A stretch of DNA of 64,000 nt from an uncultured Patescibacteria group bacterium (GCA_937929825.1 CALFUV010000004.1:1042-65041); one strand, 5' to 3'. Positions 1 through 10,073 are shown, counted from the first letter of the stretch. A program made the numbers and translations. The notes: generated from the letters alone by a model not told the origin.

Positions 1-1754
1 TTGACTGTTAAACTTTTATCAATGGAAAGGCGCTGCACAGAAAGATTATTAATACCGGCATTACCTAAAACTCCCAAACTGTTAGCAAAAATATGGCCAG
101 TAGCTTCAATAGTACCAGCCGTTAAACGAGTAGCTTCAATTCTTCCGGCATCAACTGTATCTAAAATAGCAGGGCCAAATACCTGCAATTCCTGCATCTT
201 GGTTAATCCTAAACCGCCTTCTAAATTTAGAGCACCGCGCAGAGTTAATGGTCCTTGAATAACAGCCCCACCACTTCTAACTTGTAAACTATAAACATCT
301 AGTAAACCAGTTGGTTCAGAAAACACCAATTGACGAGGTTCTGTGCCAGCTGTTAAACCACCGACTAAAGTCATAGGACCTGTGACAGATAAAGATTTTA
401 TTGATGATGAATCAGCCGATAAATTACTAAATGAACCTGTACCAGAATTTAAATTAACAGCCGATAAATTGTTAGTTATTAATTTTCCGGAAACAGTAAA
501 ATTAGTAACAGTTGACGGCCATACATTACTGGAAATATTTTGAGGTTTTTCCTTTTCAGCTGTTGTTCTAGTCTCAACAGCAATTTTATCTTCTTTAACT
601 TCAATTGGTTCTAAATTTTTAACCTCTTCTAAATCTTTATCTATTTTATTGTCAATAATAATTGAACCATCATCAGACGGTAATAAATCTTTTTTTTCAT
701 CATCACCCCGTAACAAAGGAGGAGCTTCAATTTTTTTATCTTCAACTACCAATTTATCAATCTTAGTGCTTGGAGAAATATTTACAGCCACAGAAGAACT
801 GCTACGCCGGAAAAATGCTATCGCGCTGGTACGAATACCATCAAGCCAACGTAAAAATCTTGTGTAACTAAATAAACTTTCTTCATCTGCTACTGTACCC
901 AAACCCTTAACTCTACCAACTTGATATATTTCAGATTCATCTATGCGATTGAAGGCTATTTTAATTGCTTTACCAAAACTATTTATCCCAGGTGATAATC
1001 TTTGGCCTAGAGCAATTTGAAAATAAAATGGTTTATAAGCCAGTGGTTCAGTAATAGATGCGAAATTTTTACCGAAGGCTAAAAATTTCGGATAACTAAC
1101 CCGATCATAAGGTTGTAAACCATTTGATATTTTTTTGCCGATCTGCATCTGCAAATCTACTAATTTAGAAGACAAATGATACAGAATGCTACTCTCTGAT
1201 ATAAAAGCTATTACAATATCTTCTGATAAACTTTTTATTCCAACTTTGGTTTGTTTAACATAAGCTGGGGCGAAAATTACACCCATTAAACCAATTACTA
1301 TTAAAAAGATACTAACCGTTACAGGTTTAAAACTAAATAATTTAAAAGACCATGCCTTGTTCAAAATGAACTTAACATGATCTGTAAATGCATCAAATAT
1401 CTCAGAGATTAAGTCAATAATCAGTTTTTGCCCTTGACTCAAGATTAATTTAACTGGTTGTTTAGTTTCTAGTTCTTCTACAACCTCAATAGTCTCTGTT
1501 TCGGGCCTATTCTTAATCTCAAGAGCGTTATTGCCGGAATGTATAACAGAAGCATAACGTCTTACTGAATAATGAGCCATGTACTCATTAACCCACTCTC
1601 GGGTAGTAAACCAGACCTTACCTAATTTTACCGCTTTTAGTTTCCCCTGCCCTGCTCTTAAACGAAAATAATCAGCTGAATAAGGTGAACCCTCTGCTGC
1701 TTGTTGCAGGGTTAAAAATTGCTGTGAAATTGTCTGGTCTTTTTTCTCCGGCAT
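1..1754 (-). CDS. Large membrane-anchored protein, partial (runs off left edge): N-terminal HTH_17/Xis/BldC-like domain, TM helix, beta-rich repeat region
   Basis: Absent from the ORF track because no stop lies in the window. Manual translation from ATG 1754: MPEKKDQTISQQFLTLQQAAEGSPYSADYFRLRAGQGKLKAVKLGKVWFTTREWVNEY; TM segment VTVSIFLIVIGLMGVIFAP; the same frame reads ...GVLGNAGINNLSVQRLSIDKSLTV at the window edge. The middle was not translated codon by codon. Confidence 0.85.
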   Translation of the reverse strand, partial: MPEKKDQTISQQFLTLQQAAEGSPYSADYFRLRAGQGKLKAVKLGKVWFTTREWVNEYMAHYSVRRYASVIHSGNNALEIKNRPETETIEVVEELETKQPVKLILSQGQKLIIDLISEIFDAFTDHVKFILNKAWSFKLFSFKPVTVSIFLIVIGLMGVIFAPAYVKQTKVGIKSLSEDIVIAFISESSILYHLSSKLVDLQMQIGKKISNGLQPYDRVSYPKFLAFGKNFASITEPLAYKPFYFQIALGQRLSPGINSFGKAIKIAFNRIDESEIYQVGRVKGLGTVADEESLFSYTRFLRWLDGIRTSAIAFFRRSSSSVAVNISPSTKIDKLVVEDKKIEAPPLLRGDDEKKDLLPSDDGSIIIDNKIDKDLEEVKNLEPIEVKEDKIAVETRTTAEKEKPQNISSNVWPSTVTNFTVSGKLITNNLSAVNLNSGTGSFSNLSADSSSIKSLSVTGPMTLVGGLTAGTEPRQLVFSEPTGLLDVYSLQVRSGGAVIQGPLTLRGALNLEGGLGLTKMQELQVFGPAILDTVDAGRIEATRLTAGTIEATGHIFANSLGVLGNAGINNLSVQRLSIDKSLTV

Positions 1755-1823
1755 AATCCCGGAATAAGTACTATATTTATTTAGATTTTTATTTTTTGGC
1801 TTATTTTAGCCGTATATGTCTTA

Positions 1824-1852
1824 ATTATAGCATGGTTAAGAGAAAAAATCAA
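1824..1852 (-). promoter_or_regulatory. Sigma70 promoter of the large HTH-TM gene
   Basis: TTGATT (1852-1847)-N17-TATAAT (1829-1824) with an extended -10 TG. Confidence 0.75.
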
Positions 1853-1853
1853 T

Positions 1854-1874
1854 ATCGTATACGATTACGTATAC
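1854..1874. repeat. Palindrome ATCGTATACGAT plus CGTATAC direct repeat (12-bp period); putative operator
   Basis: Perfect 12-bp palindrome 1854-1865; CGTATAC at 1856 and 1868, just upstream of the -35. Confidence 0.55.
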
Positions 1875-2202
1875 TATAAAAAATATTAAAAAATATCATT
1901 TGTTATAACTACTAAAATTTGTATTATTCAACACGCAATATATAAACAAATTTTGTTTATTAATTACATGAAATTTTACATAATTTACAAGCTAGTTATA
2001 CTGAATATTAAATTTAATTAAAATCTTGAACGAACTCCTTAATCCTAGATCATTAAGGCTTTAAGTTTTATACAAAATTCTTTAGCTATAATTTGCTGAG
2101 GTAAATCTATTTATTAAAAATGTTTATAATTTTCTAGATCTAAAAACCATAACAATTATTGACAGATTAATTTTTTATTTGTCTGGTAATAAATTTAAGA
2201 TC

Positions 2203-2227
2203 TTGACACACTTGACACATTTGACAC
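2203..2227. repeat. TTGACAC x3 tandem repeat, 9-bp period
   Basis: Copies at 2203, 2212 and 2221. Confidence 0.7.
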
Positions 2228-2286
2228 GTAAAAAAGCATATACGATGAAGTATACGCCTTAAAAAATGGTGTAATATAAATATCTT

Positions 2287-3336
2287 TTACTTTAAATATT
2301 TAATCTTAGCCGCTTTATGTTCTTCAAAGTTTCTAGAATATATTACTTGGCCAGAAGGAGTTGTCAGAAAAAACCAATAATCATTAGGTGTTGACTCAAA
2401 TACTGCCTGTAAAGAACTAAGACCAGGATTGGAAATTGGCCCCGGCGGCAATCCTGTATATTTATATGTATTATAAGGTGAATCCACTTGCAAATCAGCA
2501 GCAGTAACAGCGGGTAATTTTTTCCCTGTAATATAATTTATAGTTGAATCAGCTTGTAGAGGAATTCCAGCTTTCATACGCTTATAAAATATATCTGCTA
2601 CTAATTTACGGTCATTAAATCCCGGTACTTCCATCTCAATTATGCTGGCTAATGTCAGGGCTTTATGTATAGTCAAGCCACGACTGCTTAAAGTTTCATT
2701 CCAATCCTCCTGCCACTTTTTTTCTAAATTATTGAGCATCCGCATAGCCACCTCTTCGGCAGTTGATGAGGCATATACTCTGTAAGTATCGGGGAAAAGA
2801 TAACCTTCTAAACTACCTCCGGGCCAGCTATTCAATATGGTGCCTTTAAAATTTTTTACTAAATTTTCAGTTCTTTCACCGCCACCTACTGCTGCCTCAA
2901 AATCTCCCTTGGTCAAAAAATTGATTTGTGACAAATACTCATCTATTTGTTTAATATTCCAACCTTCAATTAAACGAATAGTTAACTCTTTCGGTGTAAT
3001 AATAGATCCTGTAATCATTCGCACTAAATTATAAATATTCACATTGCTTGGCAAATTATATTCACCAATTTTAATTTCGTCATCTTTCCCTGAAATAAAT
3101 AACCAACTCCTAAACCAAAATTTACTTTTTATCAATTCAACTGTTTTAAGTTTTTGTGCTATTTCCCCTATAGTCTGCTCCGGTGTTATATCTATTTTTA
3201 TATAACGACCAGCTGGACCAACTGGTCTGCTTAATTGATAATTAACTAATAAACTGCCAATTATGAGTAGTATAAATAACAAACTGACCTTACTCATAAT
3301 TTTCCTAATAGAAACTCTCCTCTTCATAATATACAT
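2287..3336 (-). CDS. mltG: Endolytic murein transglycosylase MltG (YceG)
   Basis: N-terminal TM; LEGYLFPDTY, LASIIEME, LQADST, SPYNTY, GLPPGPISNPG motifs. Confidence 0.95.
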   Translation of the reverse strand: MYIMKRRVSIRKIMSKVSLLFILLIIGSLLVNYQLSRPVGPAGRYIKIDITPEQTIGEIAQKLKTVELIKSKFWFRSWLFISGKDDEIKIGEYNLPSNVNIYNLVRMITGSIITPKELTIRLIEGWNIKQIDEYLSQINFLTKGDFEAAVGGGERTENLVKNFKGTILNSWPGGSLEGYLFPDTYRVYASSTAEEVAMRMLNNLEKKWQEDWNETLSSRGLTIHKALTLASIIEMEVPGFNDRKLVADIFYKRMKAGIPLQADSTINYITGKKLPAVTAADLQVDSPYNTYKYTGLPPGPISNPGLSSLQAVFESTPNDYWFFLTTPSGQVIYSRNFEEHKAAKIKYLK

Positions 3337-3427
3337 GTAAATTAATTTTCTTTATTTTATAACTTAATTGCTTAAATTACCAGTTTAAATAAAAAATAGC
3401 AATAAATAATTATTGAGGATATAAATC

Positions 3428-4057
3428 TTATTCACTTATAAGTGGTACAAAAACAAAACCCGGATATTCAGTGATATCAAAACTACTGCCTTTTTTTATA
3501 ATTCTTAACATGGTTTGAGTTTCCTTACCAACCGGCACAACCATTACTCCCCCATCTTTAAGTTGTGAAATTAACGCTTCAGGAATTCTACTTGCAGCTG
3601 CTGAAACTATTATACGGTCATATGGTGAATTTTTTTTATAGCCTTGAGTACCATCACCTATAATATATTGAACTCTTTTTCCCAATAAATCTTTAATATT
3701 CTCTCTGCCCTGCTTGGCTAAAATTTTTATTCTTTCCATAGCCACTACCGAACCTTGAAGACCAACAATAGCAGCCAACAATGCAGTTACATAACCAGAA
3801 CCAGCGCCAATCTCTAATATATTTTGACCAGACTCCGGCGATAGTAATTCCAGCATAAACGCCACGGTACTAGGTTGAGAAATAGTCTGTCCCTCACCTA
3901 TTGGGAGAGGTTGATCAGCATACGCTAACCCTTGCCATTTTTTATTTATAAAATGCGCTCTGTCAACTTTTATAAACCCGTTTATTAACGCCGGTGTTTT
4001 TAAAACACCCCGGGCAATCATAAAATCAACCAGAGCTTGGTTGGATTCAAAAATCAT
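3428..4057 (-). CDS. pcm: Protein-L-isoaspartate O-methyltransferase
   Basis: AYADQPLPIGEGQTISQP, LEIGAGSGY, PYDRIIVSAA, FVFVPL. Confidence 0.95.
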   Translation of the reverse strand: MIFESNQALVDFMIARGVLKTPALINGFIKVDRAHFINKKWQGLAYADQPLPIGEGQTISQPSTVAFMLELLSPESGQNILEIGAGSGYVTALLAAIVGLQGSVVAMERIKILAKQGRENIKDLLGKRVQYIIGDGTQGYKKNSPYDRIIVSAAASRIPEALISQLKDGGVMVVPVGKETQTMLRIIKKGSSFDITEYPGFVFVPLISE

Positions 4058-4058
4058 A

Positions 4059-4595
4059 TTACTTACTTTTTTCTGTAGAACTAAACAAAAAATCTGATAT
4101 TTTCACAGTTAAATAACCAAAACTAACTCCTACTAACGCACCGGCTAATACATCCAAAGGATAATGAACACCGACCGCTACCCGGCCTAAACTAACCAAA
4201 AATGCTAGCGCATATACCCAACGCCATTGCGGTCTCCTTTTGCTAATCAAAAATGCTAAGAAAAAAGCTAAAGTCGCATGATCAGAAGGAAAAGATTTAG
4301 TTTGTGCCCCCACATCAATTAAAGAAGGTAAATCAAGAGTAAAAAAAGGACGAGGCCGCCATAACCACACAGAAACTAAAGCATTAAAAATATAGGCAGT
4401 CAAAACACCCCAAAAAACAGACAGCAATCCCACAGGTTTAGATTGTTGATCTAACAATATGCTAAGCAATAACCAAATAACCAGTAACCAAATTAAACCT
4501 GAGGCCGCTATAACAGCTAAGGCTTGCCAATAAATTGATTTGGCAATCAAAGAAACTATTATTTCATAAATTTGCCTATCTAAGCCTAAGCACAT
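4059..4595 (-). CDS. PAP2-family phosphatase (BcrC-like undecaprenyl-diphosphatase)
   Basis: RPRP, SFPSDH, GRVAVGVHYPLDV motifs; several TM helices. Confidence 0.85.
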   Translation of the reverse strand: MCLGLDRQIYEIIVSLIAKSIYWQALAVIAASGLIWLLVIWLLLSILLDQQSKPVGLLSVFWGVLTAYIFNALVSVWLWRPRPFFTLDLPSLIDVGAQTKSFPSDHATLAFFLAFLISKRRPQWRWVYALAFLVSLGRVAVGVHYPLDVLAGALVGVSFGYLTVKISDFLFSSTEKSK

Positions 4596-4611
4596 CTACT
4601 TTATTTTAACT

Positions 4612-5472
4612 CTAAAACTGACATTGTGCACAATAATGAGTACCTCTTCCGGCAATAATTGTTTTATTTATAGCCCGACCACAGCGTCGACAGGGTTCAT
4701 CTGTTCGACCATATACATAACGATTCTGCCAATATGAACCATTCTTACCCAAAGCATCCACATAATTGCTAAAAGAAGTACCACGTGCCATAATTGCTCG
4801 TCTTAATACTTGTTTAATAGACCTATGTAAATTTCTTAGCTGTTGAAGTTTTAATTCAGCTACCTGCCGGTCTGGTTTAATTCTTGCTAAAAATAAACTC
4901 TCATCTACATAAATATTACCCAAACCGGCTACCACTTTTTGATCAAGCAATACTGATTTTATCTTGGAGCGACTACGCTTCTTTAAAATTTTTATAAACC
5001 TGCTTAGGGTAAAACTACTACTTAAAGGCTCCGGTCCATATTTTGATAACCATAATTCTATTTCCTGCTGATTAACTAACTGCCAATAACCAAACTGCCT
5101 GACATCATTATAAAAAAGTTTAGAACCGTTTAATAAACCCAATGTAATATAAGTATATTTATTAGGCACCTTACTAACTCCAACAATGGGATGACCACCG
5201 CTTTTAACACCACCAGCTCGACCACGCCAAACTAACTGCCCAGTCATCTTTAAATGAATAATAAGATAATACCCGCTAGACAACTCAATTAATAAAAGTT
5301 TAGCCCGTCGTTTAACAGACAAAATTTTTGCGCCAAGTAGATAGTGATTAAAAAATATTAATTTATTCCTCAATAATTTAGGTTTATTAACCTTAAAATA
5401 ATTTATTCGTTGATTTACTAACACAGAAGCTAAATCACGTTTAATTGTTTCCACTTCTGGTAATTCGGGCAT
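4612..5472 (-). CDS. mutM: Formamidopyrimidine-DNA glycosylase
   Basis: MPELPEVE, HLKMTG, GLGNIYVDE, C-terminal Zn finger CRRC...CAQCQ. Confidence 0.97.
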   Translation of the reverse strand: MPELPEVETIKRDLASVLVNQRINYFKVNKPKLLRNKLIFFNHYLLGAKILSVKRRAKLLLIELSSGYYLIIHLKMTGQLVWRGRAGGVKSGGHPIVGVSKVPNKYTYITLGLLNGSKLFYNDVRQFGYWQLVNQQEIELWLSKYGPEPLSSSFTLSRFIKILKKRSRSKIKSVLLDQKVVAGLGNIYVDESLFLARIKPDRQVAELKLQQLRNLHRSIKQVLRRAIMARGTSFSNYVDALGKNGSYWQNRYVYGRTDEPCRRCGRAINKTIIAGRGTHYCAQCQF

Positions 5473-5564
5473 AAAAGTTTCCAGCCTAAAATTAAATAAT
5501 TTATCTATATTGGTATGCTAATATAAATTCTACTGCTTACTTTACTTTCTTATACTTATTGTAA

Positions 5565-7142
5565 TTATAATAGACTGTGACCGGTCATAGTCCTTGGTTT
5601 TGGCAAACCCATTATTTTAAGAATAGTTGGCGCTACATCAGCCAATACTCCTGCCGGTGTCAATTTAGAAAGATCATCAGTCACTAATTGACCAGTTCCA
5701 GCCTTATCTTCCAATTCCCGAGCCACAATAATACAGGGCACGGGATTATTAGTATGCTCTTTATTAATAGTCCCTGTCTGTATATCAATAATACACTCAG
5801 CATTGCCATGATCTGCTGTTACTATAACTGCCCCACCATATTCCAGTGTACCAGCAACTACCTCACCTATACATTCATCTAATATATTTATAGCTTTTAC
5901 CGTTGCTGGTAAATTGCCAGTATGTCCCACCATATCGGCATTAGCAAAATTTATTACATAAAAATCATATTTACCAGTTCTGATCTCTTGTAAAAATCTA
6001 TCGGTTATACCGCGAGCTGACATTTCCGGTTTAATATCATAAGATGACACAACTGGCGAGGGTATCAAAATATGATCCTCACCTTCATAAGCTTGTTCCC
6101 TTCCACCATTAAAAAAATAAGTCACATGAGCATATTTTTCTGTTTCAGCTAAATGAAGTTGTTTAAATCCAGCTTCCGAAATTATTCTAGCTAACGGATA
6201 TTCAATCACCTGAGGAGGAAAAGCTACCTCTACCGGCATATTTTTCTCATATTCTGTCATGGTTACAAAATGAAGTTTATTTAGGGTGTGTCGGGGAAAT
6301 TTTTCAAAACTAGGTAAAACAAAAGCCTGTGTCAATTGTCGCGCTCTGTCTGCCCGGAAATTAAAAAAAATCACCACGTCATTATCTTTAATTGTAGCTA
6401 CCGGTTTACCACTTTCAATAATTACTGTTGGTACAACTTGTTCATCAAAAACCTTGGCTTCATAAGAAGCAGTTAAACCACGAATAGCTGACACTACTGG
6501 CTTACCCTTTCCTTCCACTAAACAATCATAAGCTGCCTGAATTCTATCCCAATGATTATCCCTGTCCATAGCGTAATACCGACCCATAATCGTGGCAATT
6601 TTACCTACACCTATTTTTTTTATTTTACTAGATAATTCCTCCAAATATAATTTAGCAGAATCAAATGGAGTATCACGTCCATCAAGAAAAGCATGTACAT
6701 AAACATCTTTAAGTCCAGAATACTTAGCCAATTCCAATAGTGCATATAAATGATCAATTGAGCTATGAACACCGCCAGGACTAGCCAAACCCATAAGATG
6801 CAAACTACTACTTCTTTTTTGGGCAACAAACATAGCCTCCGTCAAAACAGAATTTGAAAAAAAGGTTTTATCTACTATGGAGTTGGTGATGCGAGGTAAT
6901 TCCTGAAATAAAATAGTGCCGGCTCCCAGTGTCAAATGGCCAACTTCACTGTTGCCTATTTCTCCCCACGGCAAACCAACTGCCTCACCTGAGGCTTGTA
7001 GGATAAGGGTCGGATAAGTAACTATTAAACGATGCCAAACAGGTGTTTGAGCTAAATTAATAGCATTAGCCCGGGAGGGCGGCGCTACCCCCCAGCCGTC
7101 TAATATCACAAGTACCACCGGCTTTGGTCTTTGCTGAAACAT
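5565..7142 (-). CDS. gpmI: 2,3-BPG-independent phosphoglycerate mutase (copy 2)
   Basis: ILDGWG, GNSEVGH, DGRD, NFRADR, AETEKYAHVT, DMVGHTG, TADHGN. Confidence 0.95.
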   Translation of the reverse strand: MFQQRPKPVVLVILDGWGVAPPSRANAINLAQTPVWHRLIVTYPTLILQASGEAVGLPWGEIGNSEVGHLTLGAGTILFQELPRITNSIVDKTFFSNSVLTEAMFVAQKRSSSLHLMGLASPGGVHSSIDHLYALLELAKYSGLKDVYVHAFLDGRDTPFDSAKLYLEELSSKIKKIGVGKIATIMGRYYAMDRDNHWDRIQAAYDCLVEGKGKPVVSAIRGLTASYEAKVFDEQVVPTVIIESGKPVATIKDNDVVIFFNFRADRARQLTQAFVLPSFEKFPRHTLNKLHFVTMTEYEKNMPVEVAFPPQVIEYPLARIISEAGFKQLHLAETEKYAHVTYFFNGGREQAYEGEDHILIPSPVVSSYDIKPEMSARGITDRFLQEIRTGKYDFYVINFANADMVGHTGNLPATVKAINILDECIGEVVAGTLEYGGAVIVTADHGNAECIIDIQTGTINKEHTNNPVPCIIVARELEDKAGTGQLVTDDLSKLTPAGVLADVAPTILKIMGLPKPRTMTGHSLL

Positions 7143-7146
7143 ACTT

Positions 7147-8724
7147 TTATAACAAACTATGGCGTTTCATTTCCTTTGGTTTATCTTTACCCAAATAATC
7201 AAGTATGGTTGGTGCTACATCGCCTAGCACACCACGACGATGACGAAATGATTTGCCACGATAAGCTGTATTATAAAGTATGAATGGCACTGGATTGTTA
7301 GAATGCTCAGTATCAACTTCCCCTGTATCACGATTTATAAATTCCTCAACATTCCCATGGTCAGCAGTAATAAACATAGTACCATGCAATTTTCTTATTT
7401 GTCCGGCTATGGTATTCAAAGCTCTATCTACTGCTTCCATAGCCAAAATACCGGCCTCTAAATTACCGGTATGACCAACCATATCTGGATTTGCAAAATT
7501 AACGGCAATAAAATCATATTTTTTGGCTTTAAGCACCCGCACTACGTAACTGGTTATTTTATCGGCTGACATCTCCGGAGTGGCGTCATAGGAATCAACT
7601 TTTGGAGACGGGACTGATACTCTATCTTCGCCGGCTACCGGATGATCATAACCACCATTAAAAAAGAAAGTTATATGAGCAAACTTTTCGCTTTCTGCTA
7701 TATAAAGCTGTCTTAATCCCCTAAGCGCAAAAGGTAAACTATTTCTAATATCACGACTAGGATAAGCTGTTAGTATGTGATCCAAATCTGGACCAAAATC
7801 AGTCAAAGCTACAAAGCATAAATTTTTTAAAACCTTCCAGCGTTTAAAAGCACCCTTATTAACTTTTTCAAAATCAATTTGCACAAAAGGCTTAGCTAAT
7901 TGCCTAGCTCTGTCTGATCTTAAATTAAAAAATATTACTGCATCATTATCACGAATAACCCCCTTGGGCATACCGCGTTTATCAGTAATTATGGCAGGAC
8001 TAATAAATTCATCACTCTCTCCTCGATTATAAGCGTGCCTAATAGCTGCTTCAGCTGATATCTCAGCTCGGCCACGTCCTCGCGTTAATAAATCATAAGT
8101 TAAAGCAGTGCGGGACCATTCTTTTTTTCTATCCATAGCATATAAACGTCCGCAAATAGAAGCTATCACTTCACCATTCTTCAATCTTTTCTTTACTTCA
8201 CCTATAAATTTTATGGCATCATAACGAGCTGAATCACGCCCATCAGTAAAAAAATGTAAATACACTCTCTTTAAACGGTGTAACTGTATTAGTTTTAATA
8301 AAGCCATAAAGTGATCAGGTGATGAATGTCCGCTATTGTAATTTGATAACAATCCCATTAAATGTAGGTTTGATTTTTCCGACTTAACATGCTCAATAGC
8401 TGTACGAAAAGTCTGATTTTTGAAAAAAGTTCCGTCACGAATGCTTTTACTAATAATCACTGCGTCCTGATCTACAATACGGCCAGCTCCAAGATTTAAG
8501 TGTCCAGCCTCTGAATTACCAACCTGACCCTTTGGTAACCCCACTGCCTCACCTGAAGCCTTAAGTAGGGCACGGGGATATTTTCCGCTAATCTCTTTAA
8601 GAAAAGGTGTGCGTGCTATTACAGTAGCATCACTATCTTCGCCGCCATGTAGATTTACTCCCCAACCATCTAAAATTGCTAAAACTACGGGATGGTATTT
8701 AGTATTAGTATTTTTTTTATCCAT
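7147..8724 (-). CDS. gpmI: 2,3-BPG-independent phosphoglycerate mutase (copy 1)
   Basis: ILDGWG, GNSEAGH, DGRD, NLRSDR, AESEKFAHIT, DMVGHTG, TADHGN. Confidence 0.95.
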   Translation of the reverse strand: MDKKNTNTKYHPVVLAILDGWGVNLHGGEDSDATVIARTPFLKEISGKYPRALLKASGEAVGLPKGQVGNSEAGHLNLGAGRIVDQDAVIISKSIRDGTFFKNQTFRTAIEHVKSEKSNLHLMGLLSNYNSGHSSPDHFMALLKLIQLHRLKRVYLHFFTDGRDSARYDAIKFIGEVKKRLKNGEVIASICGRLYAMDRKKEWSRTALTYDLLTRGRGRAEISAEAAIRHAYNRGESDEFISPAIITDKRGMPKGVIRDNDAVIFFNLRSDRARQLAKPFVQIDFEKVNKGAFKRWKVLKNLCFVALTDFGPDLDHILTAYPSRDIRNSLPFALRGLRQLYIAESEKFAHITFFFNGGYDHPVAGEDRVSVPSPKVDSYDATPEMSADKITSYVVRVLKAKKYDFIAVNFANPDMVGHTGNLEAGILAMEAVDRALNTIAGQIRKLHGTMFITADHGNVEEFINRDTGEVDTEHSNNPVPFILYNTAYRGKSFRHRRGVLGDVAPTILDYLGKDKPKEMKRHSLL

Positions 8725-8792
8725 AATTTAAACTAGATAAAAACTAGGGCTAATTCAGCTTGTTGTTGAAATTATACTTTAAAAATGTCAGC

Positions 8793-10073
8793 TTAGCCAA
8801 TTTTTACCGATTTAATTTCAGTTTCAATTTCCATTAACCTATTATATTTAGCTACCCTTTCACCTCTAGAAGTTGGTCCGCTTTTAATGTATTCCGCCCC
8901 TACAGCCACTGCTAAATCAGCAATGAAGGTGTCCATAGTTTCGCCCGAGCGATGCGAAACAATAATTTTATAATCCGCTTTCTTAGCCTGTTCCACGGTA
9001 GAGATCGTTTCTGTTAACGTGCCGACCTGATTGGGTTTAATTAAAATGGCATTAGCTGCCCTAAATTGCAATCCTAATTGCAAACGTTGAAAATTGGTAA
9101 CAAATAAATCGTCACCCACCAAAATTACTTTTTTACCCAAACGTTTATTCATCTCTATCCAGCCCTGCCAATCATCTTGTGCCAAACCGTCCTCTAAAGA
9201 GACTATGGGATATTCTTTAAGCCATTTTTCATATAAATCAATCATTTGTTCTGAAGAATTAGTTTGCCCTTCATATTCATAATGTCCTTGCTGAAAAAAT
9301 TCTGAAGCGGCCACATCTAATGCTAAATTAACCTCCCGACCGGCTTTATAACCAGCTCTACTAATTGCTTCCAGTAAATAATTAATCGCCTGCTCGCTTG
9401 AATCAAGTTGGGGGGCATAACCTCCTTCATTACCAACACTGGTCTCAAGTTTACTGCTTTTCAAAACTCTACCAAGCGCATGAAAAACTTCCGCCCCCAC
9501 TCTAATACTTTCGGCTATATCTGCTGACTGACCTCGCCTGAACTCTGGAACTATCATAAATTCCTGTACTGCTAAATTATTATCAGCATGCACACCCCCA
9601 TTAAGAATATTCATCATTGGGACGGGCATCATATTATCTTTTGCGTTCAATTTAAAAATATTTTTTATATGTTTATACAAAGGCAATCCTGAGACAATCG
9701 CGCCGGCTCGAGCTACAGCCAAAGAAACTCCTAAAATGGCATTTGCTCCTAAATTATGCTTATTGCTGGTACCGTCCACCTCGGTCATTATAGTATCCAC
9801 TCTTTGCTGATCAATCACGGATACGCCTCGCAAAACCTGTCTTAACTCTTTATTAACATGACCAATGGCCCGTAAAACACCCTTGCCGTCATAGCGACTT
9901 TTGTCTCCATCTCTTAGTTCAAAAGCTTCATGAATACCGGTGGATGCCCCTGAAGGCACAGAAGCAGTACCAATCAAACCACCTTCAGTTAAAACAGTAA
10001 CTTCAATCGTAGGATCGCCTCGTGAATCTAATATTTCTCTAGCTTGTAAATCACTAATTATATCTTTTTTCAT
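8793..10073 (-). CDS. eno: Enolase
   Basis: AREILDSRG, VPSGASTG, VGDDLFVTN, SHRSGET, ERVAKYNRL. Confidence 0.98.
   Translation of the reverse strand: MKKDIISDLQAREILDSRGDPTIEVTVLTEGGLIGTASVPSGASTGIHEAFELRDGDKSRYDGKGVLRAIGHVNKELRQVLRGVSVIDQQRVDTIMTEVDGTSNKHNLGANAILGVSLAVARAGAIVSGLPLYKHIKNIFKLNAKDNMMPVPMMNILNGGVHADNNLAVQEFMIVPEFRRGQSADIAESIRVGAEVFHALGRVLKSSKLETSVGNEGGYAPQLDSSEQAINYLLEAISRAGYKAGREVNLALDVAASEFFQQGHYEYEGQTNSSEQMIDLYEKWLKEYPIVSLEDGLAQDDWQGWIEMNKRLGKKVILVGDDLFVTNFQRLQLGLQFRAANAILIKPNQVGTLTETISTVEQAKKADYKIIVSHRSGETMDTFIADLAVAVGAEYIKSGPTSRGERVAKYNRLMEIETEIKSVKIG

Noticed and set aside
1-867. Plus-strand ORFs 1-258, 343-543 and 649-867
   Set aside because: Antisense shadows of the long minus-strand gene starting at 1754
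2203-2256. Repeats as a CRISPR array
   Set aside because: Units are 7-9 bp with no spacers, and there are no cas genes
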